Source: Pseudomonadota bacterium (GTDB lineage: Bacteria > Bdellovibrionota_B > Oligoflexia > Silvanigrellales > Silvanigrellaceae). Taken from it: DNA of 64,000 bases. Under the pieces are notes generated by a model. The model was given only the letters and a program-made list of their open reading frames with translations. It had not been told where the DNA came from and did no database searches. The stretch spans positions 1 through 64,000 of the forward strand of contig JBDLRP010000032.1 of the NCBI GenBank assembly GCA_039799905.1, written 5' to 3'. A program made the translations under genes and the position numbers. Shown here piece by piece: positions 28,459 to 37,621 of the stretch (position 1 is the first letter of the stretch; every line of letters begins with the position of its first letter).

Positions 28459-29109
28459 ATGAAGATCGTAAATGTTTTTGCCTTACTTCCCTTGCTTGTG
28501 AGTTGTGGTGTCGACCCGGACTACACGAGTGGTTCGAATACGGGAGTCGTCATAACCAAGAATCCCAAGGGGCAAGCGGGTGGTTCTACGGAAGTTAAGC
28601 AAATGGAATTGCACGCGCCATGGCTGGCTGAATCTTCCGAACTGTATCTGGAGATTAAGTCAGTGAATCTGGTCGATAAAGCCGGCCAGCGTGAGACGGT
28701 TGGTGTCGCCGACGCCGGAACTTACCTCATGCTCACGCGCACACGCACGGGCAAGGTGGAGTTTAATCTGGCTCCGGAACAGATGAAAAGTGCCAAGAGT
28801 GTCGAGTTGATTGTTGAGAATTTGTTTGCAAAAAGAAGCGGGAAAAGTCTTGCATCATATACGAGAACTGCGACTTTGGTATTGGCGGTTGATGGTGGTG
28901 CGTCGCAGGTCGGTTCGGTACCGCTCGCAGCATACACCTCAGCTGTGTATGCGAAATCTGGAAGTTGCTCTCTCAAGCCTGAGTTGGCCTCTTCTCCGGT
29001 GTCGGCAGGCGTCTCGGAAAAATGCGGTGGTGAGGTCAAGGCGGACGACACTGGAGACGGTGATGACAGTGACGACGGAGATGGCAAAGACGACAATGAT
29101 AATGATTAG
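28459..29109 (+). CDS. Hypothetical lipoprotein with Asp-rich tail
   Basis: MKIVNVFALLPLLVSC lipobox; starts after a 1-nt gap from the upstream stop; ends DDTGDGDDSDDGDGKDDNDND. Confidence 0.8.
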   Translation: MKIVNVFALLPLLVSCGVDPDYTSGSNTGVVITKNPKGQAGGSTEVKQMELHAPWLAESSELYLEIKSVNLVDKAGQRETVGVADAGTYLMLTRTRTGKVEFNLAPEQMKSAKSVELIVENLFAKRSGKSLASYTRTATLVLAVDGGASQVGSVPLAAYTSAVYAKSGSCSLKPELASSPVSAGVSEKCGGEVKADDTGDGDDSDDGDGKDDNDND

Positions 29110-29163
29110 AAAGATTGACGTCGCTCTTGTTTAAAATTGATTTATTTGGATTTTTTCTTTCCG

Positions 29164-29191
29164 TTAAGATTCTTCCGCTCTCCTCCGATAA
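29164..29191 (+). promoter_or_regulatory. Candidate sigma-28 (FliA)-type promoter
   Basis: TTAAG-N15-TCCGATAA (7/8 match to GCCGATAA) upstream of the cytochrome gene. Confidence 0.55.
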
Positions 29192-29235
29192 GTATGATGG
29201 ATGTGTTTTGGGGCACTCTCTGAAGGAAGTGTCCC

Positions 29236-30216
29236 ATGAAAAAGTTCGAAGTCATTTCTGTAGTTCTCATGTTGATTGCCTCTGCGTGTGGTCGCGCCCA
29301 GAAGGGTGACGTGATGATTCCGATACCCGCAGTTCAGGGTTCGGTGAAGCAGTCCAAGCAAAGCGGCGGCGATGCCTCCGCTCAAAATTCCAATTCTAAC
29401 TCAGGCGCTGTTGCCATGACTTTGGATGAAGCCAAAGCGAAATGTGTCGCTTGCCATCAACCCGGCGGAAGTGGCGCGCGCGTGTGGAGTACGGCGAATG
29501 GAACTGAGGCCGACTGGAAGACTGTTGCGGCCCTGTTGAAGGATTCCGTCTCCGCTGACCGCATGCCCTTGGGTGCCAAGCTTCCTGTCGACGAGAAAGC
29601 CAAATTTATTGCCTACATGGATCAGTTGCTGGGCGTTCAGCCTGGGGCTGGCAACGGTGGTAATGGCGGTGCTGGCGGCGGTGCTGGCGGTGGTGCTGGC
29701 GGTGGTGCTGGCGGTGGCAATGGGGGTGCGGTGGGAGCTGTGCCGATGACCCTCGAGCAAGCCAAGGTTAAATGCGTTGCTTGCCACCAGCCGGGTGGAA
29801 GTGGCGCTGGCGTATGGAGCACCGCAAATGGGACTGAGGCTGACTGGAAGGCCTTCGCTCAGCCTGCGCGGAATTCAGTTGCTGCTGGCCGTATGCCTTT
29901 AGGTGGGATGAGCGACGGTGAAAAAGCTTCAATGCTTGCATTCTTGGACGGTCTTCTTGGGGTTGTGCCCGGAACGCCAGTGCCGCCGGCGCAGGTGAAA
30001 TTTACCTTCGAAACAGCGCGCACTCTTTGCGTCGGTTGCCATAGTGCGGCGGCGCCTGCAAATGTGCGGGAACAGCCCTACCTGGAAACCCTTGCGCAGT
30101 GGAAAAATAATAAGCGAGACATCCGCGATGAGGTTGAAAAGGAAAGCATGCCGCAAGGCAAGGTGATGTCTACGGAAGAGCGTCAGGCGTTGTTGGAATT
30201 CATTAATACTCTTTGA
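29236..30216 (+). CDS. Three-heme c-type cytochrome lipoprotein (three tandem monoheme domains)
   Basis: Lipobox ASAC; CVACH, CVACH and CVGCH, each followed by a distal MP; Gly- and Pro-rich linkers. Confidence 0.88.
   Translation: MKKFEVISVVLMLIASACGRAQKGDVMIPIPAVQGSVKQSKQSGGDASAQNSNSNSGAVAMTLDEAKAKCVACHQPGGSGARVWSTANGTEADWKTVAALLKDSVSADRMPLGAKLPVDEKAKFIAYMDQLLGVQPGAGNGGNGGAGGGAGGGAGGGAGGGNGGAVGAVPMTLEQAKVKCVACHQPGGSGAGVWSTANGTEADWKAFAQPARNSVAAGRMPLGGMSDGEKASMLAFLDGLLGVVPGTPVPPAQVKFTFETARTLCVGCHSAAAPANVREQPYLETLAQWKNNKRDIRDEVEKESMPQGKVMSTEERQALLEFINTL
29665..29712 (+). repeat. 12-bp coding repeat x4 (GGAG peptide linker)
   Basis: GG(C/T)GGTGCTGGC repeated four times between heme domains 1 and 2. 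Confidence 0.85.
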
Positions 30217-30382
30217 GTGGCGCGCAGGCGACACTTGGGTCCTTCGGAGTTTTGGGGCTGGTGTTTTCACCGGTCCCTTTTTTATTTTTTAGCGGCAAAT
30301 TTTCGTTTTTTGAATTTTTTAATTAAAAAAAACCCTTTTAAAGAAATAAAAATTCATAAAATCTTATGCTTAACTGTGTTTT

Positions 30383-30409
30383 TAAAGTTACGGATTGCAA
30401 TGACGAAAA
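30383..30409 (+). promoter_or_regulatory. Candidate sigma-28 (FliA)-type promoter
   Basis: TAAA-N15-GACGAAAA preceded by a long AT-rich tract. Confidence 0.55.
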
Positions 30410-30641
30410 GATATATAGAAGGTCGGGAATGGTTTAAACGCCCCAAGACACATCCACCCTTGGCATCCGACCGAAAGTTTCTCCGCGTACCTTTCATTCG
30501 TACGCCAAAATTCAGGCAATTTCAGAGTTCCGTGCCCAGGTTCACTGTCTGTTTCCTACCTAAAGTGATAAAACAACACTCAATTCTACAACAAAACAGA
30601 CGTTCCGTCGGCAGCTCCTGCACCCACAGGGAAATCTGGCG

Positions 30642-32717
30642 ATGGAGGAAAAGGATCTTCTGGTGATGGTTGACTCTGTTTTTCGGCACGTGCTGGTGCT
30701 GATGTTTTTTTTGGCAAGTTTTTCAACACAAATGGTTTCTCAGGCAGCCGAGCGATTGAACCTGTCAGAACAAGTTCAGGTTCAGGCATTGCCCTCAACG
30801 ACCGAGCCAGACCTTCGGGCAGTCTCGCTTTCAGGCCAGAGCGAAGGTTGGAGCGACTTCGTTGAGTTTCGCAAAACTCATAGGTGGGATGGTCGCGAGG
30901 AGCTTTGGTACCGGATTTCGCTCAAACCCCAAAATCTGCAGAAATTTGAGGTTCCGGTTCTGATCCTTCCCTTTGTGATTCAAGCTTTGGAAGTCTATTC
31001 GGGCGGAAAGAAAATATATGATTGGGGACTCTTTTTATCTGAGGGTCGGATAGGTTTTCGCGGTTATCCGATTCACATGATTCCGGTCGGGAATTTGAAT
31101 CTGAAGGAGCCGCTGCTTGTTCGTGTCGGTTCGGGTGGCGCAAACATCGGCCTCATCGACGGCGCTTTTTTGGGTGATCGCGGATCGCATGTGGAAACTT
31201 ATTTTTGGTTGGGGCTGCCGAATCTTGGATTATTCATTCTTGCGCTTCTTATCGGCTGCCTGTCGCTGTTTGCCTTTGTTGCGACACGTGCAAACAAAAC
31301 CCTTTTGGCATATGGCTTATTTGCCATTTGCATCGGCACTTTCGTCGGCAGTCACTCATACACATTGCGGGTCTCAACAGAGTGGGCAAAGTTCCGGCAC
31401 AGTACAGAACTAATGTCCCTTTATCTCACCGGTCTCACTTTTTCCTTCTATCTGGACACTATTTTTTCGCAGATCGACAAATTCAGAATCTTAAATAAAT
31501 CGTGGAAATTTTACGCCACTTTTGCATCGCTTGCAGCGCTTGGTGAACTGACTCAATGGGCTCCGTTGTTTAAATGGTTGAGGCCATGGCAGATGGTCAC
31601 TGCGATCATCTTCCTTACAGTTCCCTATTTCACAATTCGCTCCATGTTTTCGCGCAGCATTGAATCCTATTTTGTGGGTGGTGGTCTGATAGCCTTTACC
31701 GTTGCATCGTTTGCGGGAGTGATGTTTTCGGTGGGCGGTGGTGCAGTCACCGCGCCGATTTTTCACATTTTTATCATCTCCGGCGTGTTTCTGCTGCTGG
31801 TTGGATTGGGCGGATTGTTGGTCTACCGGCATTACGACGCGACGCGAAAGGTCATCCAATACCAGAAAGAAGCGGCAGATATTCGCGCCGCGCAAGCAAG
31901 GCAGGAGAAGGACATGGAGGCCGCGCGAGCTGTCCAGCAGACCCTCTTGCCCACTTCATTGCGCTTTCCCGGGTTCGAGACAGCTGCCCACTGGATGACG
32001 GCCGATCAGACAGGTGGCGACTGGTATTCGGGATATTACGACGATCGCGATGGCATCGCATATTTGTTTCTTGGTGATGTTACTGGGCACGGATTTGCCT
32101 CGGCGCTCGTGACCGGACTTGCACACGGAGCTGTCACGTCAGTTTTCAAAACGTCGCAAAGCGATGGTGGCATTAAACCCGACGAGATGCTCAAAAGGAT
32201 TTCCCGCGCCGTGAACGTCGTTGTGCATGAAAGTGCCTCGCGGTCGGTTCGCGCCATGTCGATGGTCTGCCTGGCGATAAACTCGCACTCTGGCGAAGTT
32301 CATATGATTAACTGCGGACACCCGCAGGTTTACCTCATTAAAAATGACAAAGTTGAGGTCCTGCTGGGTTCGGGCAGTCTGCTCGGCTTTCACGATGAGG
32401 TCGATTTTCAAGTTGAAAAGTTTCAAATTGAAAAAGGTGATCGGCTGTTTGTTTACACAGACGGAGTCCTTGAAAACGGACGCAGTAACGGCCGCGCGAT
32501 TTCCTTTGCAAAACTTCGGCGGATTTTGCGGCAGCCCGAGAAGAGTGTGCAGGAGATTCAATCCGACATTGTCAGTCTTTTGAAGTCAACGTGGCAAGAT
32601 TCTCCAATTGAAGACGACTACACACTTGTTTTGATGCAGTTGGGAGGCTCAAATCTGGGGGCGGCGCAAGGCGGGCTGTCGCAAGCGGTATCTGCCCCAG
32701 TTGCGTACCAGATTTAG
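30642..32717 (+). CDS. Membrane sensor phosphatase: extracytoplasmic domain, about 7 TM, SpoIIE/PP2C domain
   Basis: AARAVQQTLLP, TGGDWY, GDVTGHG, NCGHP, YTDGVLE, DDYT motifs; 7TM-DISM-like block. Confidence 0.9.
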   Translation: MEEKDLLVMVDSVFRHVLVLMFFLASFSTQMVSQAAERLNLSEQVQVQALPSTTEPDLRAVSLSGQSEGWSDFVEFRKTHRWDGREELWYRISLKPQNLQKFEVPVLILPFVIQALEVYSGGKKIYDWGLFLSEGRIGFRGYPIHMIPVGNLNLKEPLLVRVGSGGANIGLIDGAFLGDRGSHVETYFWLGLPNLGLFILALLIGCLSLFAFVATRANKTLLAYGLFAICIGTFVGSHSYTLRVSTEWAKFRHSTELMSLYLTGLTFSFYLDTIFSQIDKFRILNKSWKFYATFASLAALGELTQWAPLFKWLRPWQMVTAIIFLTVPYFTIRSMFSRSIESYFVGGGLIAFTVASFAGVMFSVGGGAVTAPIFHIFIISGVFLLLVGLGGLLVYRHYDATRKVIQYQKEAADIRAAQARQEKDMEAARAVQQTLLPTSLRFPGFETAAHWMTADQTGGDWYSGYYDDRDGIAYLFLGDVTGHGFASALVTGLAHGAVTSVFKTSQSDGGIKPDEMLKRISRAVNVVVHESASRSVRAMSMVCLAINSHSGEVHMINCGHPQVYLIKNDKVEVLLGSGSLLGFHDEVDFQVEKFQIEKGDRLFVYTDGVLENGRSNGRAISFAKLRRILRQPEKSVQEIQSDIVSLLKSTWQDSPIEDDYTLVLMQLGGSNLGAAQGGLSQAVSAPVAYQI

Positions 32718-32736
32718 GAACAGGAAACTCGCAGAT

Positions 32737-33168
32737 TCAGTCCTGAGCCTGCGTTGAAACGCACTCAGTTGCAACTTGAAATTCCCGCAGCATTTCAATT
32801 CCAGCATCGTCGTATTGTTCGCGGAAAACTACTTTCGTTATTCCCGCACCGGCAATCAACTTCGCGCAATTGATGCATGGGCTGTAAGAACAATAAAGTG
32901 TGCCTCCGCGCAGGCGCGGGCCGTCGGCATAAATCAACGCATTCGCCTCTGCGTGAATGATGATTCGTTCTTTTGTGCTGCGATCCCACCAGTCAACCTG
33001 TGAATCGTCATAGGAGGCCGGAGTGCCATTGTAGCCTGTGGCCACCACTCTGCGATGCTCGTCCACAATGACACAGCCGACCTGCCTTTTTTTGTCAGGG
33101 CTGCGTTTTGCAATGACCTCAGCCATTTCAAGGAAATAGTCGTCCCATTTTGGTTTTGAGTGGGTCAT
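32737..33168 (-). CDS. dCMP deaminase-family protein
   Basis: WDDYFL, VGCVIV, TGYNG, HAEANAL, SPCINC. Confidence 0.9.
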   Translation of the reverse strand: MTHSKPKWDDYFLEMAEVIAKRSPDKKRQVGCVIVDEHRRVVATGYNGTPASYDDSQVDWWDRSTKERIIIHAEANALIYADGPRLRGGTLYCSYSPCINCAKLIAGAGITKVVFREQYDDAGIEMLREFQVATECVSTQAQD

Positions 33169-33266
33169 GAGAATGTCGTCCTCAGATTCGCAGCAAATAT
33201 CAGCACCAGCGTATAATACCTCTACCTGTCGTTATCAACAGTCAACGGGACTCGCCGAGGTACTCC

Positions 33267-34499
33267 ATGATTTCAGGAAAACACCTGTTTTTAGCAGTAA
33301 TGACTGGTTTTTTTGCGATTGGGAGTGGCTGTGTCAGTCGGTCGTACAACTCAAGCCCATACATCGTCGGCGGCGAACTGGTGGGTGAAACAGACCCTGT
33401 CTACACGTCGGCTGTCTCACTTGATCACAACGATTCGCCGTTTTGTAGTGGCTTTGTTTTTGACAAGCGAACGATCGTCACTGCCGCGCATTGTCTCGCG
33501 GGCGGAACTCCGCGGCTGACCGTCACTGTCAGCTTTGGAAGCCGCAATCACAAATTATTTCATTCGGTCGAAGTTCCGGCCAAGCAGATTGTTGCGCACG
33601 GTGGCTGGGACCGAGGTGATTTGCATAGAAAAGACATCGATCCACTGCCGCAATATCCGAAGGCGGATGTTGGAATTATTGTTCTGTCCGAAGATGTGCC
33701 TGAATGGGTCAAGCCACTGCCCATCAAGGAAATTGGTGATGTGAGCGTCGGACGGGATGTACTGCTGGCAGGATTCGGACAGACGCGCGAACTCCCGCAA
33801 AACATGGCGAGGACTGAGGCCAAAGGCTTCTTGCGCAAGACGAAAGTGCGGCTGGCGACAATCAATGATGCAGGCAGGGAATTGATTTTCGAGGCACCGC
33901 AAAACAACGAACGGGCGAGCTCGTGCCATGGCGACTCGGGTGGTCCGATGTACTACATCGAGAACGACGGCGCATTGACCGTGATTGGAGTGACCTCGCG
34001 CGGATACAGCGCAGCACTCGACTGTATCGGTAAGGGTGTCTACACGGATGTCAGAAAGTATGTTGGCTGGATTAGGGAAAATAAAGAGAGAATCATTGGT
34101 GGAATAATCTCGACTGCAGATTGGCAGCATCGTTATTTCAGCAGCAACGATGGTTCAAAAGTCGCTGTAGATTTCAAATTGGAACAGCAGGGTGTTGAAT
34201 ATGTATCAAAAGATGTCTGGCTGAATGTCTACAACCCGGCATTCACGGGGAAGGAAAACGTGCAGGCAACGTTGTCCAGTTATATCAGTGCTCTGACCCA
34301 GCAAAAGCTCAAAATGGAATACGCCGGCGAGAATCGCTTTACAATCAAGTTCGACAAATTCATGAACGAAAAAGTCTGCGCAATTGCTTCGCGTTGGGGA
34401 GTCAAACAGGACGTCTCCGTGGAAGTGAACGGGAAAATTCTCTCCGACAGCGTGTCTGGTCAGCAAAAGTTCGAATTCAAGTTTTGTGAGGCGAAGTAG
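33267..34499 (+). CDS. Trypsin-like serine protease lipoprotein with C-terminal extra domain
   Basis: GSGC lipobox, IVGG, TAAHC, DVGII, CHGDSGGP; about 135-aa C-terminal extension. Confidence 0.92.
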   Translation: MISGKHLFLAVMTGFFAIGSGCVSRSYNSSPYIVGGELVGETDPVYTSAVSLDHNDSPFCSGFVFDKRTIVTAAHCLAGGTPRLTVTVSFGSRNHKLFHSVEVPAKQIVAHGGWDRGDLHRKDIDPLPQYPKADVGIIVLSEDVPEWVKPLPIKEIGDVSVGRDVLLAGFGQTRELPQNMARTEAKGFLRKTKVRLATINDAGRELIFEAPQNNERASSCHGDSGGPMYYIENDGALTVIGVTSRGYSAALDCIGKGVYTDVRKYVGWIRENKERIIGGIISTADWQHRYFSSNDGSKVAVDFKLEQQGVEYVSKDVWLNVYNPAFTGKENVQATLSSYISALTQQKLKMEYAGENRFTIKFDKFMNEKVCAIASRWGVKQDVSVEVNGKILSDSVSGQQKFEFKFCEAK

Positions 34500-34605
34500 C
34501 CTGCCGAATTTTGTTTTGCTTCACCGTTCGTAATTTTTCATTGCGCCAGCCCGTATCTTCCGTTAGCACTCGCGGGTTGGGCTGGCACTGAAAGATAGGT
34601 GAAGT

Positions 34606-35121
34606 ATGAACGCGATTCCGCTTTTTCTGATGTTGTCGTTCGCTCTGAGTCATGTCGTGGCCTGCACCGGCTCATCGCGACAAGAGGCTCGGGTTGAAGC
34701 TCCGCGGCAACCTGAGCAAAACTCAGCGCAACAAGGGGAAAATCCGGCTGGGAACGAAGGTACCCCAACGGGCACCGAATCTAAGACCAATGAAAAGCCA
34801 TCCACACCTTCCGAGTCATCATCCGGTCCGGCACAAACACCCCAGCCCAAACCTGCAGATCCTTCGCCCGAGGCGCTCGGCCTTTTGCAGCTGAGATACA
34901 ATGCTGAAATCAACTCCATCATCGATTCGCGCTGCCAGATTTGTCATGGTTCCGAGCAGGAATTGAATTTTTCGGATTTTGAGCGTGTGAAGACATATGC
35001 GGTGCAGATGGAGGATGCAGTTTCGAAAGGCCGAATGCCCTTCGACCCTTCAGGCCTGCCCAACGACGAGAAGGTCAAACTCATCGACTTTTTAAATGAG
35101 CTTGCGAAACTTTCGAAATAA
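34606..35121 (+). CDS. Monoheme cytochrome c lipoprotein
   Basis: VVAC lipobox, low-complexity linker, CQICH and distal GRMP. Confidence 0.82.
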   Translation: MNAIPLFLMLSFALSHVVACTGSSRQEARVEAPRQPEQNSAQQGENPAGNEGTPTGTESKTNEKPSTPSESSSGPAQTPQPKPADPSPEALGLLQLRYNAEINSIIDSRCQICHGSEQELNFSDFERVKTYAVQMEDAVSKGRMPFDPSGLPNDEKVKLIDFLNELAKLSK

Positions 35122-35174
35122 AATTCGTCTCAAGGTTATCGAGATGTGGGGCCACGCACCGTATGTGAGGACTC

Positions 35175-37211
35175 TCATTCGTCATCAGAGCTTTGCCGCA
35201 GCGTTGCCAGCACGCTGACGTCTTCGAGCGTGGTTGTGTCGCCCAAGCTCTCATGACCGGTGGCAACGTCTTTTAAAAGTCTGCGCATGATTTTTCCGCT
35301 GCGGGTTTTTGGAAGTGAATCTGTGAAGCGGATATGGTCGGGTTTGGCGAAGCTGCCAATCAGCCCGCCGACGTGAGCAATCAGTTCACGTGCGAGTTCA
35401 TGCTTGCGCGTGTCATTCCATCCTGCAGATGCTTTGACTTCGTTTTTAAGCGTGACAAAGGCATACACGGATGTTCCCTTGAGAGGGTCGGGTACTCCCA
35501 CAACGGCCGACTCCGCAACACTGCTGTGATCCACCAGAGCGCTTTCAACTTCCATCGTACCAATCCGGTGCCCTGCGACGTTGATCACGTCATCAACGCG
35601 GCCAATCACCCAGATGTCGCTGTCGGCATCTTTGAATGCACCGTCTCCAGTGAAGTAATACGGTTCTTTTTGCGCACCGGCAGGGCCTGCGAATGTGCTC
35701 CAATACGTTTTTGCGTAACGGTCCGGATCGCCGTGAACCGTGCGCAGCTGCGACGGCCATGGCTTAGTGATCACCAGTTTGCCGCGGTTGCCAGGGGCTA
35801 CAGGGACGCCGTTGTCGTCAACAACATCAACAGCGATGCCTGGCAGAGGTCGTGTTGCAGAGCCGGGTTTCAGCGGAGTAATTCCGGGAATCGGACTCAT
35901 CATCACGCCGCCCGTCTCAGTTTGCCACCAGGTATCCACGATGGGGCATTTTCCATTGCCAATGGTCGCGTGGTACCACTCCCATGCTTCAGGATTGATC
36001 GGTTCGCCGACAGAGCCGAGCAGCCGGAGAGAACTGAGATTTGATTTTTTCGGCCAGTGATCTCCCTGCCGCATGAATGCTCTGATGGCGGTTGGTGCGG
36101 TGTAGAAAATGGAAATATTTTCTCTTTCAATTGAGCGCCAAAAGCGGCCAAAATCCGGAAAATCTGGTGCGCCTTCGTACATAAAAACCGTAGCGCCGTT
36201 GGAGAGCGGGCCGTACACGACGTAGCTATGACCTGTCACCCAGCCGATGTCTGCAGTGCACCAGTAGATGTCTTCGTGTTTTATATCGAAGACCCATTGG
36301 CAGGTCAGATTGGTCCACAGCGCGTATCCCGCTGTGCCGTGAACGACACCCTTTGGTTTTCCAGTTGTGCCGCTTGTATAAAGAATGAAAAGCGGATGTT
36401 CGGCCGGCAAAGGCTCTGCCGCAATCTGGCTGTTTGCAATTTTGCAATCGTTATACCAGTGGTCTCTGCCCGACTTCATGGTTGTAGGTACAAACGAAGT
36501 CTCGGAGATTTTATAGGAAGAGCCAGAGGTTTCACCAAGACGGTCAACAACGACGACCGACTCAATACATGGGCATTCCGCAATGGCTTTGTCCACTGCC
36601 GTCTTGAGCGGAAGAATCTTACCGCGCCGGAAACCACCATTTGCGGTAATGACACATTTTGCCTGAGCATCGAGAATGCGGTCACGCAATGATTCCGAAG
36701 AAAATCCTCCGAAGACGACGGTGTGTGTCGCGCCGATACGCGCGCAAGCGAGCATGGCGACAGCAGCCTCGGGAATCATCGGCATATAGAGCGCGACACA
36801 GTCGCCTTTTTTGATTCCCAGTTTTTGCAGACCGTCCGCAAAAGCGCACACCTCAGAGTGTAATTGTTTATATGTGAACGTCCGTCGCTCCGATGGCTGC
36901 AGCCCTTCACATGGCTCACCTTCCCAAATAAGCGCGGTTTTGTGTGCGACGATGCTGTTGAGGTGTTTGTCGAGACATTGTTCGCTGATGTTGAGCTCAC
37001 CGTCGCAAAACCATTCCACGAACGGCGGATTCCATTTCATCGGAACTGAGAACGGCTTTCTCCAGACCAGCGTTTCTTTTGCGAGTTTGGCCCAGTGATT
37101 TTCGTAGGAGTCGGCTGCAGATTTCAGCAGCATGTCATGGGTAGATTTTTGCAGGTTTGCGCGTTTGGCGAAATCTTCCGATGGCTGAACGACGCGGGTA
37201 TTGAAAATCAT
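35175..37211 (-). CDS. acs: Acetyl-CoA synthetase
   Basis: [43 protein letters not shown]. Confidence 0.97.
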   Translation of the reverse strand: MIFNTRVVQPSEDFAKRANLQKSTHDMLLKSAADSYENHWAKLAKETLVWRKPFSVPMKWNPPFVEWFCDGELNISEQCLDKHLNSIVAHKTALIWEGEPCEGLQPSERRTFTYKQLHSEVCAFADGLQKLGIKKGDCVALYMPMIPEAAVAMLACARIGATHTVVFGGFSSESLRDRILDAQAKCVITANGGFRRGKILPLKTAVDKAIAECPCIESVVVVDRLGETSGSSYKISETSFVPTTMKSGRDHWYNDCKIANSQIAAEPLPAEHPLFILYTSGTTGKPKGVVHGTAGYALWTNLTCQWVFDIKHEDIYWCTADIGWVTGHSYVVYGPLSNGATVFMYEGAPDFPDFGRFWRSIERENISIFYTAPTAIRAFMRQGDHWPKKSNLSSLRLLGSVGEPINPEAWEWYHATIGNGKCPIVDTWWQTETGGVMMSPIPGITPLKPGSATRPLPGIAVDVVDDNGVPVAPGNRGKLVITKPWPSQLRTVHGDPDRYAKTYWSTFAGPAGAQKEPYYFTGDGAFKDADSDIWVIGRVDDVINVAGHRIGTMEVESALVDHSSVAESAVVGVPDPLKGTSVYAFVTLKNEVKASAGWNDTRKHELARELIAHVGGLIGSFAKPDHIRFTDSLPKTRSGKIMRRLLKDVATGHESLGDTTTLEDVSVLATLRQSSDDE

Positions 37212-37252
37212 CCGGATTACCTCATATCAACAGCAGAAAAAAAACAGTGAAA

Positions 37253-37621
37253 TCATTTCGCTTGAAATCGATTGTGCACGCGGCGGAATGAATATTTTAT
37301 CCATAGTGAACACTCGGCTGCAAAGGCAAAGAGAACGGCGAAGCTTCCCGCACTGAGCAATGACAAAAGCGAGAAGTGCGGCAGCCTGAACAAACCTGAT
37401 ATTGCAGAAGAGATTTCCTTGTGCGTGGCGTGATACGCAACAAAATAAATTGTCAGGACAATAAACAACATCGTGATCCGCCTTTTCAGACCGCGCTCCG
37501 TCAGACGCAACAGTCCCTGCGCAGCCGCTGCAGAAATAAGTACGGCTTGCCACCATGGGTAGAAGGTGAGCAGAATCAGGCTCGCCAGAATCCATAGGAA
37601 TTCTCTCAGTGTGTGTCTCAT
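37253..37621 (-). CDS. Small membrane protein coupled to the penicillin acylase gene
   Basis: 122 aa, 3-4 TM, PWW motif, ATGA overlap with the upstream stop. Confidence 0.7.
   Translation of the reverse strand: MRHTLREFLWILASLILLTFYPWWQAVLISAAAAQGLLRLTERGLKRRITMLFIVLTIYFVAYHATHKEISSAISGLFRLPHFSLLSLLSAGSFAVLFAFAAECSLWIKYSFRRVHNRFQAK

Noticed and set aside
30217..30666. 149-aa ORF across the AT-rich gap
   Set aside because: No RBS or motif, composition mirrors the AT tracts, and it overlaps promoter and hairpin signals.
33235..33261. TCAA-N15-GCCGAGGT as a FliA promoter
   Set aside because: The -10 box overlaps the RBS and ends 5 nt before the ATG, leaving no leader.
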